A program made the position numbers and the translations under genes. From positions 264,118 to 328,117 of the forward strand of contig CAWDRW010000004.1 in the NCBI GenBank assembly GCA_963804805.1: a DNA stretch of 64,000 nt. The letters are read 5' to 3'. The notes under the pieces were generated by a model that saw only the letters and a list, made by a program, of their open reading frames with translations, did not search any database and was not told the origin of the DNA. Below are positions 24,274 through 33,798 of the stretch, piece by piece (the first letter of the stretch is position 1; each line of letters opens with the position of its first letter). Origin of the DNA: an uncultured beta proteobacterium (GTDB taxonomy: Bacteria; Pseudomonadota; Gammaproteobacteria; Burkholderiales; Rhodocyclaceae).

Positions 24274-24447
24274 GCGGGGGTAACCTCAGGCGCTATTTTA
24301 AGCCGCGGCGGGCGCGACCAACGTTCGACGCATTACGCTGGACGCCGCCGGTCTTGATCCGTCCCGGCAAAGCCTTTGCTTCTCCCTCGGCATGCCTCAA
24401 TTCATTTTCCCTCAAGCAGGCACGATGGCGGAAGCAGCTTGCCTGCC

Positions 24448-24494
24448 AAAAAAAGCCGGAACGGCACACAGGAGGAGGGCTGTGCGGTTCCGGC
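24448..24494 (-). terminator. Probable intrinsic terminator of xsc
   Basis: GCCGGAAC...GTTCCGGC stem with adjacent A7 (U-tract on minus strand). Confidence 0.55.
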
Positions 24495-24558
24495 GGAAAG
24501 AGACCTTCGACGTCGCAGTTGCGGCCTGAAGGATACGGCCGCATGCGACTGCTTGTGC

Positions 24559-26370
24559 CTAGACGTAATCCTTGTACTTTTCGAGGTGGCGCACCGGCTT
24601 CGACAGCGCATCGCGGCGGAACGGATCGCCCAGCTCGCGGGTGCACATGATCTCGAGGATGCAGGTCTTGCCGTGGTTCATCTGCAGGTCGATGGCCTTC
24701 TTCAGCGCGGGGCCGACGTCTTCCAGCTTGTCCACCGTGATGCCTTCGGCGCCCATGGCGCGGGCGATGCCGGCGAAGGACTGGTTGTCGAGTTCGCCGG
24801 CGACGAAGCGGCGGTTGTAGAAATCCACCTGGTTCTTCTTCTCCGCGCCCCACTGGCGGTTGTGGAAGACGACGGCGGTCACCGGGATGTTGTGGCGCAC
24901 GCAGGTCATGGTTTCCATCAGGCTCATGCCCCAGGCGCCGTCGCCGGCATACGAGATCGCCGGCCGGTGCGGCGCGGCCACCTTGGCGCCGATCATGGTG
25001 GGGAAGGCGTAGCCGCAGTTGCCGAAGCTCATCGCGGCGAACATGCTGCGCGGCTTTTCGAAGCGCAGGTAGCTGTTGGCCACGGAGTTGATGTTGCCGA
25101 TGTCGGTGGACACCATGACGTCGGGCGGCATGGCCTTTTCCAGCTCGCGCAGCACCTGGCGCGGGTGCAGGTAGTTGCCGCCGCTGAAGGTCTTTTCCTT
25201 GCCGTTCTCGTCGATCATGTCGAGGCTGAAGGGGTCGCGCTCGTGGGTCCAGTCGTCGAGCTCCTTTTCCCAGGCGGCCTTTTCGTCCTTGATCTTCGCC
25301 GCGCGCTCGGCCTTGGTGGCGTCGCAGGCCAGCGTGCGGCCGGCCAGGCGCTGCGTCAGGGCGATGGCGGCGGCCTTGGCGTCGCCGCAGATGCCGACCG
25401 AGATCTTCTTCACCAGACCGAGCATGGTGTGGTCGGCGTCGATCTGGATGATCCTGGCATCCTTGGGCCAGTAGTCCATGCCGTGCTGCGGCAGGGTGCC
25501 GAAGGGGCCGAGGCGGCTGCCCAGCGCCACCACCACGTCGGCCTGCGCCATCAGCTTCATCGCCGCCTTCGAGCCCTGGTAACCCAGCGGGCCGCACCAC
25601 AGCGGGTGGCTGGCGGGGAAGGAGTCGTTGTGCAGGTAGCTGTTCACCACCGGCGCGCCGAGGCGCTCGGCCAGCGCCTTGCATTCCTCGACGCCGTCGG
25701 CCATGACCACGCCGCCGCCGGAGATGATGACGGGGAACTTGGCCTTGGCCAGCAGCTCGGCGGCTTCGTTCAGCGTCTGCTCGCCGCCGGGGCCGCGATC
25801 GAGGCGGAAGGGCTTGGGGATCTCGCAGGTGATGTCGCCGTAGAAGTAGTCGCGCGGGATGTTGAGCTGGGTCGGGCCCATTTCGCTCATGGCGCGGTCG
25901 AAGCAGCGGCCGGTGAATTCGGCCATGCGCTTGGGATTGTTCACGTGGCCCTGGTACTTGGTGAATTCCTCGAACATCGGCAGCTGGTTGGCTTCCTGGA
26001 AGCCGCCGAGGCCCATGCCCATGGTGCCGGTCTCGGGGGTGACGATCACCACCGGGCTGTGCGCCCAGTAGGCGGCGGCGATGGCCGTGACGCAGTTGCT
26101 GATGCCGGGGCCGTTCTGGCCGATCACCACGCCGTGGCGGCCCGAGACGCGGGCATAGCCGTCGGCCATGTGGCCGGCGCCCTGCTCATGCACCACCGGG
26201 ATCAGGCGGATGCCGGCCGGGGCGAAGATGTCCATGGCGTCCATGAAGGCCGAGCCCATGATGCCGAACATGTCGGTCACGCCGTTGGCGACCATGGTTT
26301 CGACGAAGGCTTCGGAGGGGGTCATGCGGGTGGGGCCTTCGGGCACCTTGCGGTTGTCGGGCTTGCTCAT
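24559..26370 (-). CDS. xsc: Sulfoacetaldehyde acetyltransferase (ThDP-dependent)
   Basis: MTPSEAFVETM...FGIMGSAFMD, GPLGYQGSKAAM, GDGAWGMS, QWGAEKKNQ, ELGDPFRRDAL. Confidence 0.95.
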   Translation of the reverse strand: MSKPDNRKVPEGPTRMTPSEAFVETMVANGVTDMFGIMGSAFMDAMDIFAPAGIRLIPVVHEQGAGHMADGYARVSGRHGVVIGQNGPGISNCVTAIAAAYWAHSPVVIVTPETGTMGMGLGGFQEANQLPMFEEFTKYQGHVNNPKRMAEFTGRCFDRAMSEMGPTQLNIPRDYFYGDITCEIPKPFRLDRGPGGEQTLNEAAELLAKAKFPVIISGGGVVMADGVEECKALAERLGAPVVNSYLHNDSFPASHPLWCGPLGYQGSKAAMKLMAQADVVVALGSRLGPFGTLPQHGMDYWPKDARIIQIDADHTMLGLVKKISVGICGDAKAAAIALTQRLAGRTLACDATKAERAAKIKDEKAAWEKELDDWTHERDPFSLDMIDENGKEKTFSGGNYLHPRQVLRELEKAMPPDVMVSTDIGNINSVANSYLRFEKPRSMFAAMSFGNCGYAFPTMIGAKVAAPHRPAISYAGDGAWGMSLMETMTCVRHNIPVTAVVFHNRQWGAEKKNQVDFYNRRFVAGELDNQSFAGIARAMGAEGITVDKLEDVGPALKKAIDLQMNHGKTCILEIMCTRELGDPFRRDALSKPVRHLEKYKDYV

Positions 26371-26545
26371 GGCGGTTTGCTCTCCTCGATGGGGAATCGA
26401 TACCGGATGTTCCGATATTCAGAATGAGGCGTGACTTTAGGCTGTGTAAAGCTGAAAGTCAATAAAAAATGAAACTTATTGTACCGATTAATGAAATTCG
26501 TTATGATGGAGGCACGATGAGTCCTTTGGCACCGCCTTTTTGTCC

Positions 26546-26611
26546 GTCTTACCGGCGAACGCCGGTATCCAGAACGGGCGCTGACTGGATTCCGGCGTTC
26601 GCCGGAATGAC
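26546..26611. repeat. REP-like inverted pair
   Basis: GTCTTACCGGCGAACGCCGGTATCCAG ... CTGGATTCCGGCGTTCGCCGGAATGAC. Confidence 0.8.
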
Positions 26612-26637
26612 GGGGGTTCGACGTTGTGGCTGATCCG

Positions 26638-27462
26638 ATGACTCCCAATACGACACCGCCGGCGGAACCCGCACGCATCGACGGCGACACGCCGGCCCTG
26701 CGGCTGTTTGCGCTGCTCGAAGTGATTGCCGGGCGCGACCAGCTGTTCAACCTGCAGTGGCTGGTGGATGAAACCGGCCTGCCCAAGCCGACCGTGCATC
26801 GCATGCTGCAGCAGCTCGAAGCGGCCGGCATGCTGCAGCGGGAAAGCGACGGCCGCCATTACAGCACCGGCCTGCGCCTGCGCCGGCTGGCGGAAAACCT
26901 GCTGCTCAACAACACCGTGCATGGCGCGCGCCATGCCGTGCTGCGCACGCTGGTCGAGGAGGTGGGCGAAAGCTGCAACATCACCGCGCTGTCGGGCAGC
27001 GAAGTGCTCTACCTCGACCGCGTCGAGACCGTGGCGCCGCTGCGCTTCTACCTGCACCCCGGTTCGCGCGTGCCGGCCCACTGCTCGGCCAGCGGCAAGC
27101 TGTTCCTGGCGCAGATGAGCGCCAGCCAGCGCAAGCGCCTGCTGGAACCGGTGGCGCTGGAACGCTATACGCCGCGCACCATCACCGACCCGGCCCTGCT
27201 CGAAGCCGAGATCGCGCGCATCACGCAGCAGGGCTACGCCTGCGACGACGAGGAATTCCTGCCCGGCCTGTTCTGCGTTGCCATGCTGGTGCCGGCGGCC
27301 GACGGCGGGCGTTCCAACACCGGCATCGCGATCCAGGCGCCGGTGATGCGTTTGTCGCACGACCGGCTGGGCGAACTGCTGCCGCCGCTGCGGCGCGCGG
27401 TGGATGCGATTGCGGCGATCGACGCGGCGGCGATGCCCTCCGCGGCGCGGTCCGGGACATGA
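26638..27462 (+). CDS. IclR-family regulator, divergent from xsc
   Basis: GLPKPTVHRML HTH; PGSRVPAHCSASGKLFL. Confidence 0.92.
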   Translation: MTPNTTPPAEPARIDGDTPALRLFALLEVIAGRDQLFNLQWLVDETGLPKPTVHRMLQQLEAAGMLQRESDGRHYSTGLRLRRLAENLLLNNTVHGARHAVLRTLVEEVGESCNITALSGSEVLYLDRVETVAPLRFYLHPGSRVPAHCSASGKLFLAQMSASQRKRLLEPVALERYTPRTITDPALLEAEIARITQQGYACDDEEFLPGLFCVAMLVPAADGGRSNTGIAIQAPVMRLSHDRLGELLPPLRRAVDAIAAIDAAAMPSAARSGT

Positions 27463-28430
27463 GCGACCTGGCGCAGACCGGCCCCGACCGCGAGGTCGTC
27501 GGTGCGCGAGACCTTCGGCATCGATGCCGACCTGATGGTGCCGGCCTTCAGCGAGCGCGACGACCATGTGCCGGAGATCGACAGCGTCTATCGCTTCAAC
27601 CCCGAGGTGACGCTGGCCATCCTCGCCGGCTTTTCCCGCGACCGCCGCGTGATGCTGCAGGGCATGCACGGCACCGGCAAATCGACCCACATCGAGCAGG
27701 TGGCGGCGCGGCTCAACTGGCCCTGCGTGCGGGTGAATCTCGACGGCCACATCAGCCGCCTCGACCTGGTCGGCAAGGATTCCATCGTGCTCAAGGACGG
27801 CCTGCAGGTCACCGCCTTCCAGGAAGGCATCGTGCCCTGGGCGCTGCAGCGGCCGGTGGCGCTGATCTTCGACGAGTACGACGCCGGCCGCCCCGACGTG
27901 ATGTTCGTGATCCAGCGCATCCTCGAACGCGACGGCAAGTTCACCCTGCTCGACCAGAACCGCGTGATCAAGCCGCACCCGGCCTTCCGCCTGTTCGCCA
28001 CCTCGAACACGGTGGGCCTCGGCAACCTCTCCGGCCTCTACCACGGCACGCAGATGCTCAACCACGCGCAGATCGACCGCTGGAACATCGTCGCCACGCT
28101 GAATTATTTGCCGCACGCCGAAGAGGTCGCCATCGTGCTGGCGCGCGTGCCGGGCAAGGACAACGAGCGCGGCCGGCAACTGGTGGCTTCGATGGTGGCG
28201 GTGGCCGACCTGACGCGCAAGGGCTTCGCCGTCGGCGACTTGTCCACGCTGATGTCGCCGCGCACCGTGATCACCTGGGCGGAGAACTGCGAGATCTTCG
28301 GCGACACCGCGCTGGCTTTTCGGCTTTCGTTCCTCAACAAGTGCGACGACGCCGAGCGACCCATCGTCGCCGAGTATTACCAGCGCTGCTTCGGGGCCGA
28401 TCTGGACGAATCATGGATGCGTGCGCATCC
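27459..28430 (+). CDS. CobS-like AAA+ ATPase (MoxR/CbbQ class); frameshift near 27497; reads through into vWA gene as sequenced
   Basis: Walker A GMHGTGKS, Walker [30 protein letters not shown]; ATGA overlap with IclR stop. Confidence 0.85.
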
Positions 28431-28431
28431 G

Positions 28432-28525
28432 GAACGCTCCGCACGGCCGCCCGCAGGAGCGCAGTCACCTCCGGAGCCGCGCAGCGGCGAACCGTGGCAC
28501 CCTCGCTTGGCGAGGGCGGGGGAGG
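28432..28525 (+). repeat. ~95-bp gene-junction element related to the ntrB/ntrC repeat
   Basis: Shares GGCCGCCC..AGG, GCGCAGCG, CCGTGG.CACCC-hairpin-GGGGGA with the reverse complement of 51381-51488. Confidence 0.6.
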
Positions 28526-30219
28526 TGGTCACGGTTCGGCAGGCGCAACAGGTCGAGGAACTCTGCGCCGCCACGCTGCGCGCCATGACCGGCGACGGCG
28601 AACTGCATTACGCCGGGCATCGACTGCAGCGCGGCGCACGCGTGGTGCCGGTGTACGCGCCGCACCTGCAAACCAATGCCGGGGATGACGACTTCGCCGC
28701 CTGTCGTGCCGCCGCCGACGGCATGGCGCTGCGCCTGCTGCACAGCGATGCCGACCTGCATCGCCGCCATTGCCCGGCCGACCCGGTCGAACGGCTGATC
28801 TTCGAACTGCTGGAGCAGTTGCGTGTGGAAACTCTGGTGCCGGAGGCGATGCCGGGCATGGCGGCCAACCTGCGCCGGCGCTTCGAGGCCTGGTCGCGCG
28901 CCTTCCACGAATCGGGCCTGACCGACAGCAGCCTCGGCATCCTGCTCTACACCGTGGCGCAGATCTGCTGGTCGCGCCTGAATGCGCTGCCGGTGCTGGA
29001 AGAAGACTTGATCGAGACCACGCGCGCCGGCATCGCGCCGGTGATCGGCACGCCGCTGGCCGGCCTGCGCCGCACCCGCAACGAGCAGGACGCGTATGCC
29101 GTGCATGCGCTGGCCATCGCGCGCATCGTCGGCGAACGCGTGCAGGCCGAGATCGAAGACGGCGGCGACGAGAATGAATCGGCGCAGGAGGCAGCGCGGC
29201 GCGGCTTCGCGCTGCTGCTGGATTTCGACCGCGAGGAAACCGAGGCCTTCGCCGTCGCCGCTTCGGGCCCGAGCAAGGCCTTCGCGACAAGCGAATCCGG
29301 CTATCGCGTGTTCACCACGCGCTTCGATGTCGAGCTGAATGCAGTCGGCTTGGTGCGCAAGGCGCTGCTAAATGAATACCGCCAGCGACTCGATGCGCGC
29401 GTGGCGCGCCAGGGAATCAATTTCTCGCGCCTTGCCCGGGTGTTCGCCGCGGTGCTGACCACACCGGAGAAAGACGGCTGGCGCTTCGACGAGGAGGACG
29501 GCCGCATCGACGGCCGGCGCCTGGCGCAACTGGTCAGTTCGCCGGCCGAACGTCGCCTGTTCCGCCAGGATCATCTGCGGCCGCGCGCCACCAGCGCGGT
29601 CGGCATCCTGATCGACTGTTCGGGATCGATGACGGGTTTGAGTGAAACCTTGGCGACCATGGTCGACATCCTGGTGCGCGCGCTGGACATGGCCGGCGTG
29701 GATAGCGAAGTGCTGGGTTTCACCACCGGCGCCTGGAACGGCGGCCGCGCGGCGAAGGAATGGCAGGCCGCGGGCCGCCCGCCGCAGCCGGGACGGCTCA
29801 ACGAGGTCTGCCATCTGGTGTTCAAGGACGCGGCCCGCAACTGGCGCCGCGCACGAGCAGGCATCGCCGCGCTGCTGAAGTCCGACCTGTTCCGCGAGGG
29901 CATCGACGGCGAGGCCGTCGACTGGGCCTGCGAGCGGCTGCTCGCGCGCGATGCCGAACGGCGCCTCCTGTTGGTGATCTCCGACGGCTGCCCGATGGAC
30001 AGCGCGACCAGCCTGACCAACGACGCCTTTTACCTGGACAACCATTTGCGGCAGGTGGTGGCGCGGCGCGAGCGCGAAGGCGGCGTCGAAATTCTTGGAT
30101 TGGGGGTCGGGCTCGACCTCAGCCCCTTCTATCGCCGTGTCGCCAGCGCCGACTTTTCGCAGGGGCTGGACAATGCGCTGTTCTTCGAGCTTGCGGGCTT
30201 GATGCGGAAAGTTCGTTAG
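28525..30219 (+). CDS. CobT-like vWA-domain protein
   Basis: [15 protein letters not shown]-domain; [41 protein letters not shown]. Confidence 0.85.
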   Translation: MVTVRQAQQVEELCAATLRAMTGDGELHYAGHRLQRGARVVPVYAPHLQTNAGDDDFAACRAAADGMALRLLHSDADLHRRHCPADPVERLIFELLEQLRVETLVPEAMPGMAANLRRRFEAWSRAFHESGLTDSSLGILLYTVAQICWSRLNALPVLEEDLIETTRAGIAPVIGTPLAGLRRTRNEQDAYAVHALAIARIVGERVQAEIEDGGDENESAQEAARRGFALLLDFDREETEAFAVAASGPSKAFATSESGYRVFTTRFDVELNAVGLVRKALLNEYRQRLDARVARQGINFSRLARVFAAVLTTPEKDGWRFDEEDGRIDGRRLAQLVSSPAERRLFRQDHLRPRATSAVGILIDCSGSMTGLSETLATMVDILVRALDMAGVDSEVLGFTTGAWNGGRAAKEWQAAGRPPQPGRLNEVCHLVFKDAARNWRRARAGIAALLKSDLFREGIDGEAVDWACERLLARDAERRLLLVISDGCPMDSATSLTNDAFYLDNHLRQVVARREREGGVEILGLGVGLDLSPFYRRVASADFSQGLDNALFFELAGLMRKVR

Positions 30220-31035
30220 TCACCGCCGATATGCCGTCATCCCGGGCTCGACCCGGGATCCAGAACGGCGGCCGCCTGGATTCCGGCGTTCGCCGGAATG
30301 ACGAGTTTCATGATCGCCGTGTCGCCAGCGCCGACTTTTCGCAGGGGCTGGACAATGCGCTGTTTTTCGAGCTTGCGGGCTTGATGCGGAAAGTTCGCTA
30401 GGGCGGCGCCGATATGCCGTCATCCCGGGCTCGACCCGGGATCCAGAACGGCGGCCGCCTGGATTCCGGCGTTCGCCGGAATGACGAGTTTCATGATCGC
30501 CGTGTCGCCAGCGCCGACTTTTCGCAGGGGCTGGACAATGCGCTGTTTTTCGAGCTTGCGGGCTTGATGCGGAAAGTTCGCTAGGGCGGCGCCGATATGC
30601 CGTCATCCCGGGCTCGACCCGGGATCCAGAGCGGCGGCCGCCTGGATTCCGGCGTTCGCCGGAATGACGAGTTTCATGATCGCCGTGTCGCCAGCGCCGA
30701 CTTTTCGCAGGGGCTGGACAATGCGCTGTTCTTCGAGCTTGCGGGCTTGATGCGGAAAGTTCGCTAGGGCGGCGCCGATATGCCGTCATCCCGGGCTCGA
30801 CCCGGGATCCAGAACGGCGGCCGCCTGGATTCCGGCGTTCGCCGGAATGACGAGTTTCATGATCGCCGTGTCGCCAGCGCCGACTTTTCGCAGGGGCTGG
30901 ACAATGCGCTGTTTTTCGAGCTTGCGGGCTTGATGCGGAAAGTTCGCTAGTCACCGCCGATATGCCGTCATCCCGGGCTCGACCCGGGATCCAGAGCGGC
31001 GGCCGCCTGGATTCCGGCGTTCGCCGGAATGACGA
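30131..31035. repeat. Tandem array of 5 x 182-183 bp: last 89 nt of vWA gene plus REP pair
   Basis: Units start at 30131, 30313, 30496, 30679, 30862. Confidence 0.97.
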
Positions 31036-31058
31036 TAGGAAACTTGGTCAGGTATTCC

Positions 31059-31829
31059 TCAATCCCCGCTCTCGAAAGTCAGCGCCATGTCCCTCGCGGC
31101 GCGCTGCAGGACGGGGACGCATTCCAGCGCGCGCGGCAGTGGCAGGCGGGCGACGGGGGCTTGCAGGGCGATGCTGGCGATCATGCGGCCGCGCCCGTCC
31201 GTCACCGGCACGGCGATGCCGATCACGCCGGCCTGGAGTTCCTCGTTATTGACGCCGACGCGCGTCTGGGCGATGTGTTCCAGCTGCGCCTCGATGGTGG
31301 CGATGTCGGTGATGGTGTTGTCGGTGTAGCGCTTGAAGCTCAGCGATTCGAGGATGCGCCGGCGCTTGGCCTTGGGCATCTGGCTCAAGAAGAGCTTGCC
31401 GCTGGAGGTGCAATGCAGCGGCACGCGCGAGCCGGGCTTGAGGTCGGCCTTGAGCGACCAGTCGGTTTCGATGCGGTCGATGTAGATGATCTCGTCGCCG
31501 CCGAACATGGCCAGGTTGCAGGTCTCGCCGATCTCGTCGACCAGGCGGCGCAGGATCACGCGGCGCTCGGCGCGCACCGAGTTGTTGGTCATCAGGTCGA
31601 GGCCGAAGCGGGCCAGGCGATGGCCGACGCCGTAGGTCTTGCCGGCCGGTTCGCGCTGCACGAGGCCGGCGGATTCGAGCATGGCGAGGATGCGGAAGGC
31701 CGTCGGCGCCGGCAGGCCGGTGTGTTCGACGATCTCGGACAGCGCGACGGGGCGTTCCGTCCGGGCCACGATTTCCATGATGGCGAAGGCCCTCAGTGCG
31801 GCGGCCGACGAGTTGCCGGATTCGGTCAT
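31059..31829 (-). CDS. IclR-family regulator (SauR/IseR-like position)
   Basis: TGLPAPTAFRIL HTH; PGSRVPLHCTSSGKLFL; divergent from TTT-sauST operon. Confidence 0.92.
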   Translation of the reverse strand: MTESGNSSAAALRAFAIMEIVARTERPVALSEIVEHTGLPAPTAFRILAMLESAGLVQREPAGKTYGVGHRLARFGLDLMTNNSVRAERRVILRRLVDEIGETCNLAMFGGDEIIYIDRIETDWSLKADLKPGSRVPLHCTSSGKLFLSQMPKAKRRRILESLSFKRYTDNTITDIATIEAQLEHIAQTRVGVNNEELQAGVIGIAVPVTDGRGRMIASIALQAPVARLPLPRALECVPVLQRAARDMALTFESGD

Positions 31830-32060
31830 GGAGGCGGGATTCCACGGGATGGCGATGGCGCCAGTATATAAGGATGGAATGGCGCCATGCTCGATTTTTT
31901 CAAAAAATGGAATGTTATTTTTCGTTAATCGAAGTTTTTTTGCAAATTTCCGGGCGGGTCGCGTATATTCCAACGACGCCAAAGCTGCCGCTTCGTCCGC
32001 AGGCCCGGCAGAAGGCCACCACAAAGCACACACCGAGTGCACCGACAGGAGGAGACCACC

Positions 32061-33020
32061 ATGCAACTCACGACCCCGAAACTGTTCCGCGAAGTCCTGA
32101 TTTTCCTCGCCGCGCTGTTCGCCGTCAGCGGCGCCATCGGCCAGGAAAAGTACCCGCAGCGCCCCATCGAATTGATAGTGCCCTGGGGACCGGGCGGCGG
32201 TGCCGACCAGCTGGCACGCAAGCTGGGCAAGCTACTCGAAGCCGACCTCAAGACATCCTTCCCGGTGATCAACGTGCCCGGCGCCACCGGCAATACCGGC
32301 ATGACCAAGCTGCTCAGCGGCCAGTCCGACGGCTACTCGATGGCCATCCTGATCGGCGATACCGCCGCGACCCTGGTCGCCGGCGGCGCTCGCTGGAAGC
32401 TGGCCGACGTGACGCCGCTGGCAATCGCCATCCGCCAGCCCTCGGGCCTCTTCGTCAAGGCCGACAGCCGCTTCAAGACCTGGAATGACGTGGTGGCCGA
32501 GGCCAAGGCCAAGCCGGGCACGCTCAAGGTGGCGATCCTCGGCTTCGGCAGCGCCGACGACCTTACGCTGAACTTCCTCGCCGGCAAGGGCATCAAGATG
32601 ATCGGCGTGCCCTTCGCCAGCCCCGGCGAGCGTTACAGCTCCATCCTCGGCGGCCATGCCGACATCCTGTTCGAGCAGGCGGGCGACGTCGGCAGCTTCC
32701 TTTCCAGCAAGCAGATGCGGCCGCTGATTTTCTTCGGCGAAGAGCGCATGGAAGAGTTCCCCGACATTCCGTCGTCCAAGGAAGCCGGCCTCGAAATCTA
32801 CCTGCCGCAGTTCCGCTCGCTGGTGATGAAGGCCGGCACCGACCCGGCGCGCGTCAAGCTGGTGGCCGATGCCATCGCCCGCGCCGCGAAGAATCCGGAG
32901 TACGTGGCCTTCCTCAAGGAGTCGATGGCGCGCAAGGACAGCTTCCTCCCCGCCGCCGAGGCCCAGGCCTTCATCGCCGGCGAAATCGACACCATGCAGA
33001 AATTCGCCGCCAAGAAGTAG
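32061..33020 (+). CDS. Tripartite tricarboxylate transporter binding protein (TctC/Bug)
   Basis: YPQRPIELIVPWGPGGGADQLAR, VINVPGATG. Confidence 0.92.
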   Translation: MQLTTPKLFREVLIFLAALFAVSGAIGQEKYPQRPIELIVPWGPGGGADQLARKLGKLLEADLKTSFPVINVPGATGNTGMTKLLSGQSDGYSMAILIGDTAATLVAGGARWKLADVTPLAIAIRQPSGLFVKADSRFKTWNDVVAEAKAKPGTLKVAILGFGSADDLTLNFLAGKGIKMIGVPFASPGERYSSILGGHADILFEQAGDVGSFLSSKQMRPLIFFGEERMEEFPDIPSSKEAGLEIYLPQFRSLVMKAGTDPARVKLVADAIARAAKNPEYVAFLKESMARKDSFLPAAEAQAFIAGEIDTMQKFAAKK

Positions 33021-33107
33021 TCAGGCACGACATGTTTGCCCGCAAGTCAGGACTTTCAAGCGAGCGCCCGGACCGTGCCGCTTCAGTACGGCATGCGCCG
33101 GCAAATC

Positions 33108-33177
33108 GTCATTCCGGCGCACGCCGGAATCCAGGTCTTTTGAGCACCAACTGGATCCCGGCGTTCGCCGGGATGAC
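33108..33177. repeat. REP-like inverted pair
   Basis: GTCATTCCGGCGCACGCCGGAATCCAG ... CTGGATCCCGGCGTTCGCCGGGATGAC. Confidence 0.85.
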
Positions 33178-33246
33178 GGCGATGGTGGAGGCCTGCCGAT
33201 CGCAAGCCAATGACATCGATGCAATCTGCCCGGTCCCGAATTCGTC

Positions 33247-33798
33247 ATGCTGAACCGCCTGCTGCGCGCCGCGCCCTACATCGTGGTGCAGCTGGCCGTG
33301 ATGTATCTGTACCAGGTGGCGGGCCGCATCGATTTTCCGGCGGCGCCGGGGCGGATCGGGCCGGACTTCTGGCCCAAGTCCATCCTGGTGCTGCTCGGAC
33401 TGATCTGCGTCTATGAAATCACCAAGAACCTGCTGATCGGCGAAACCTTCACGGCGGCGGGCCTGCTGGAAAAGCTGATGAAGGACAGCGGCGAAGTCGA
33501 GGGCGAGGAGAAGCTGCGCAGCTATCCGCTGCTGCTGGTCGGCGGCATCGTCCTCACCATCATCTACGTCGTCACCATTTCCTCGCTCGGCTTCTTCCTT
33601 GCCACCATGGCCTACCTGGCGCTGTTCATGATCATCGGGCGCTACCGGAACTGGACCGTCATCGCCATTTCCAGCCTGCTCGGTGCGCTGGGGCTGATGT
33701 TCATTTTCATGAAGGTGGTTTACGTTTCGCTGCCGCTCGGGGTGGCGCCCTTCTCGGCGGTTTCGCTCTGGCTGCTCAAGATCATGGGGGCGCACTGA
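33247..33798 (+). CDS. TTT small membrane subunit (TctB)
   Basis: GPDFWPK, LGFFLAT, VSLPLG; between tctC and tctA. Confidence 0.85.
   Translation: MLNRLLRAAPYIVVQLAVMYLYQVAGRIDFPAAPGRIGPDFWPKSILVLLGLICVYEITKNLLIGETFTAAGLLEKLMKDSGEVEGEEKLRSYPLLLVGGIVLTIIYVVTISSLGFFLATMAYLALFMIIGRYRNWTVIAISSLLGALGLMFIFMKVVYVSLPLGVAPFSAVSLWLLKIMGAH

Noticed and set aside
27459-30219. Naming these genes cobS/cobT (cobaltochelatase)
   Set aside because: No cobN or other cobalamin genes in the window; context is sulfonate catabolism, so only the family resemblance is supported
30131-31035. Possible CRISPR array
   Set aside because: Units are ~183 bp and nearly identical throughout, with no unique spacers and no cas genes
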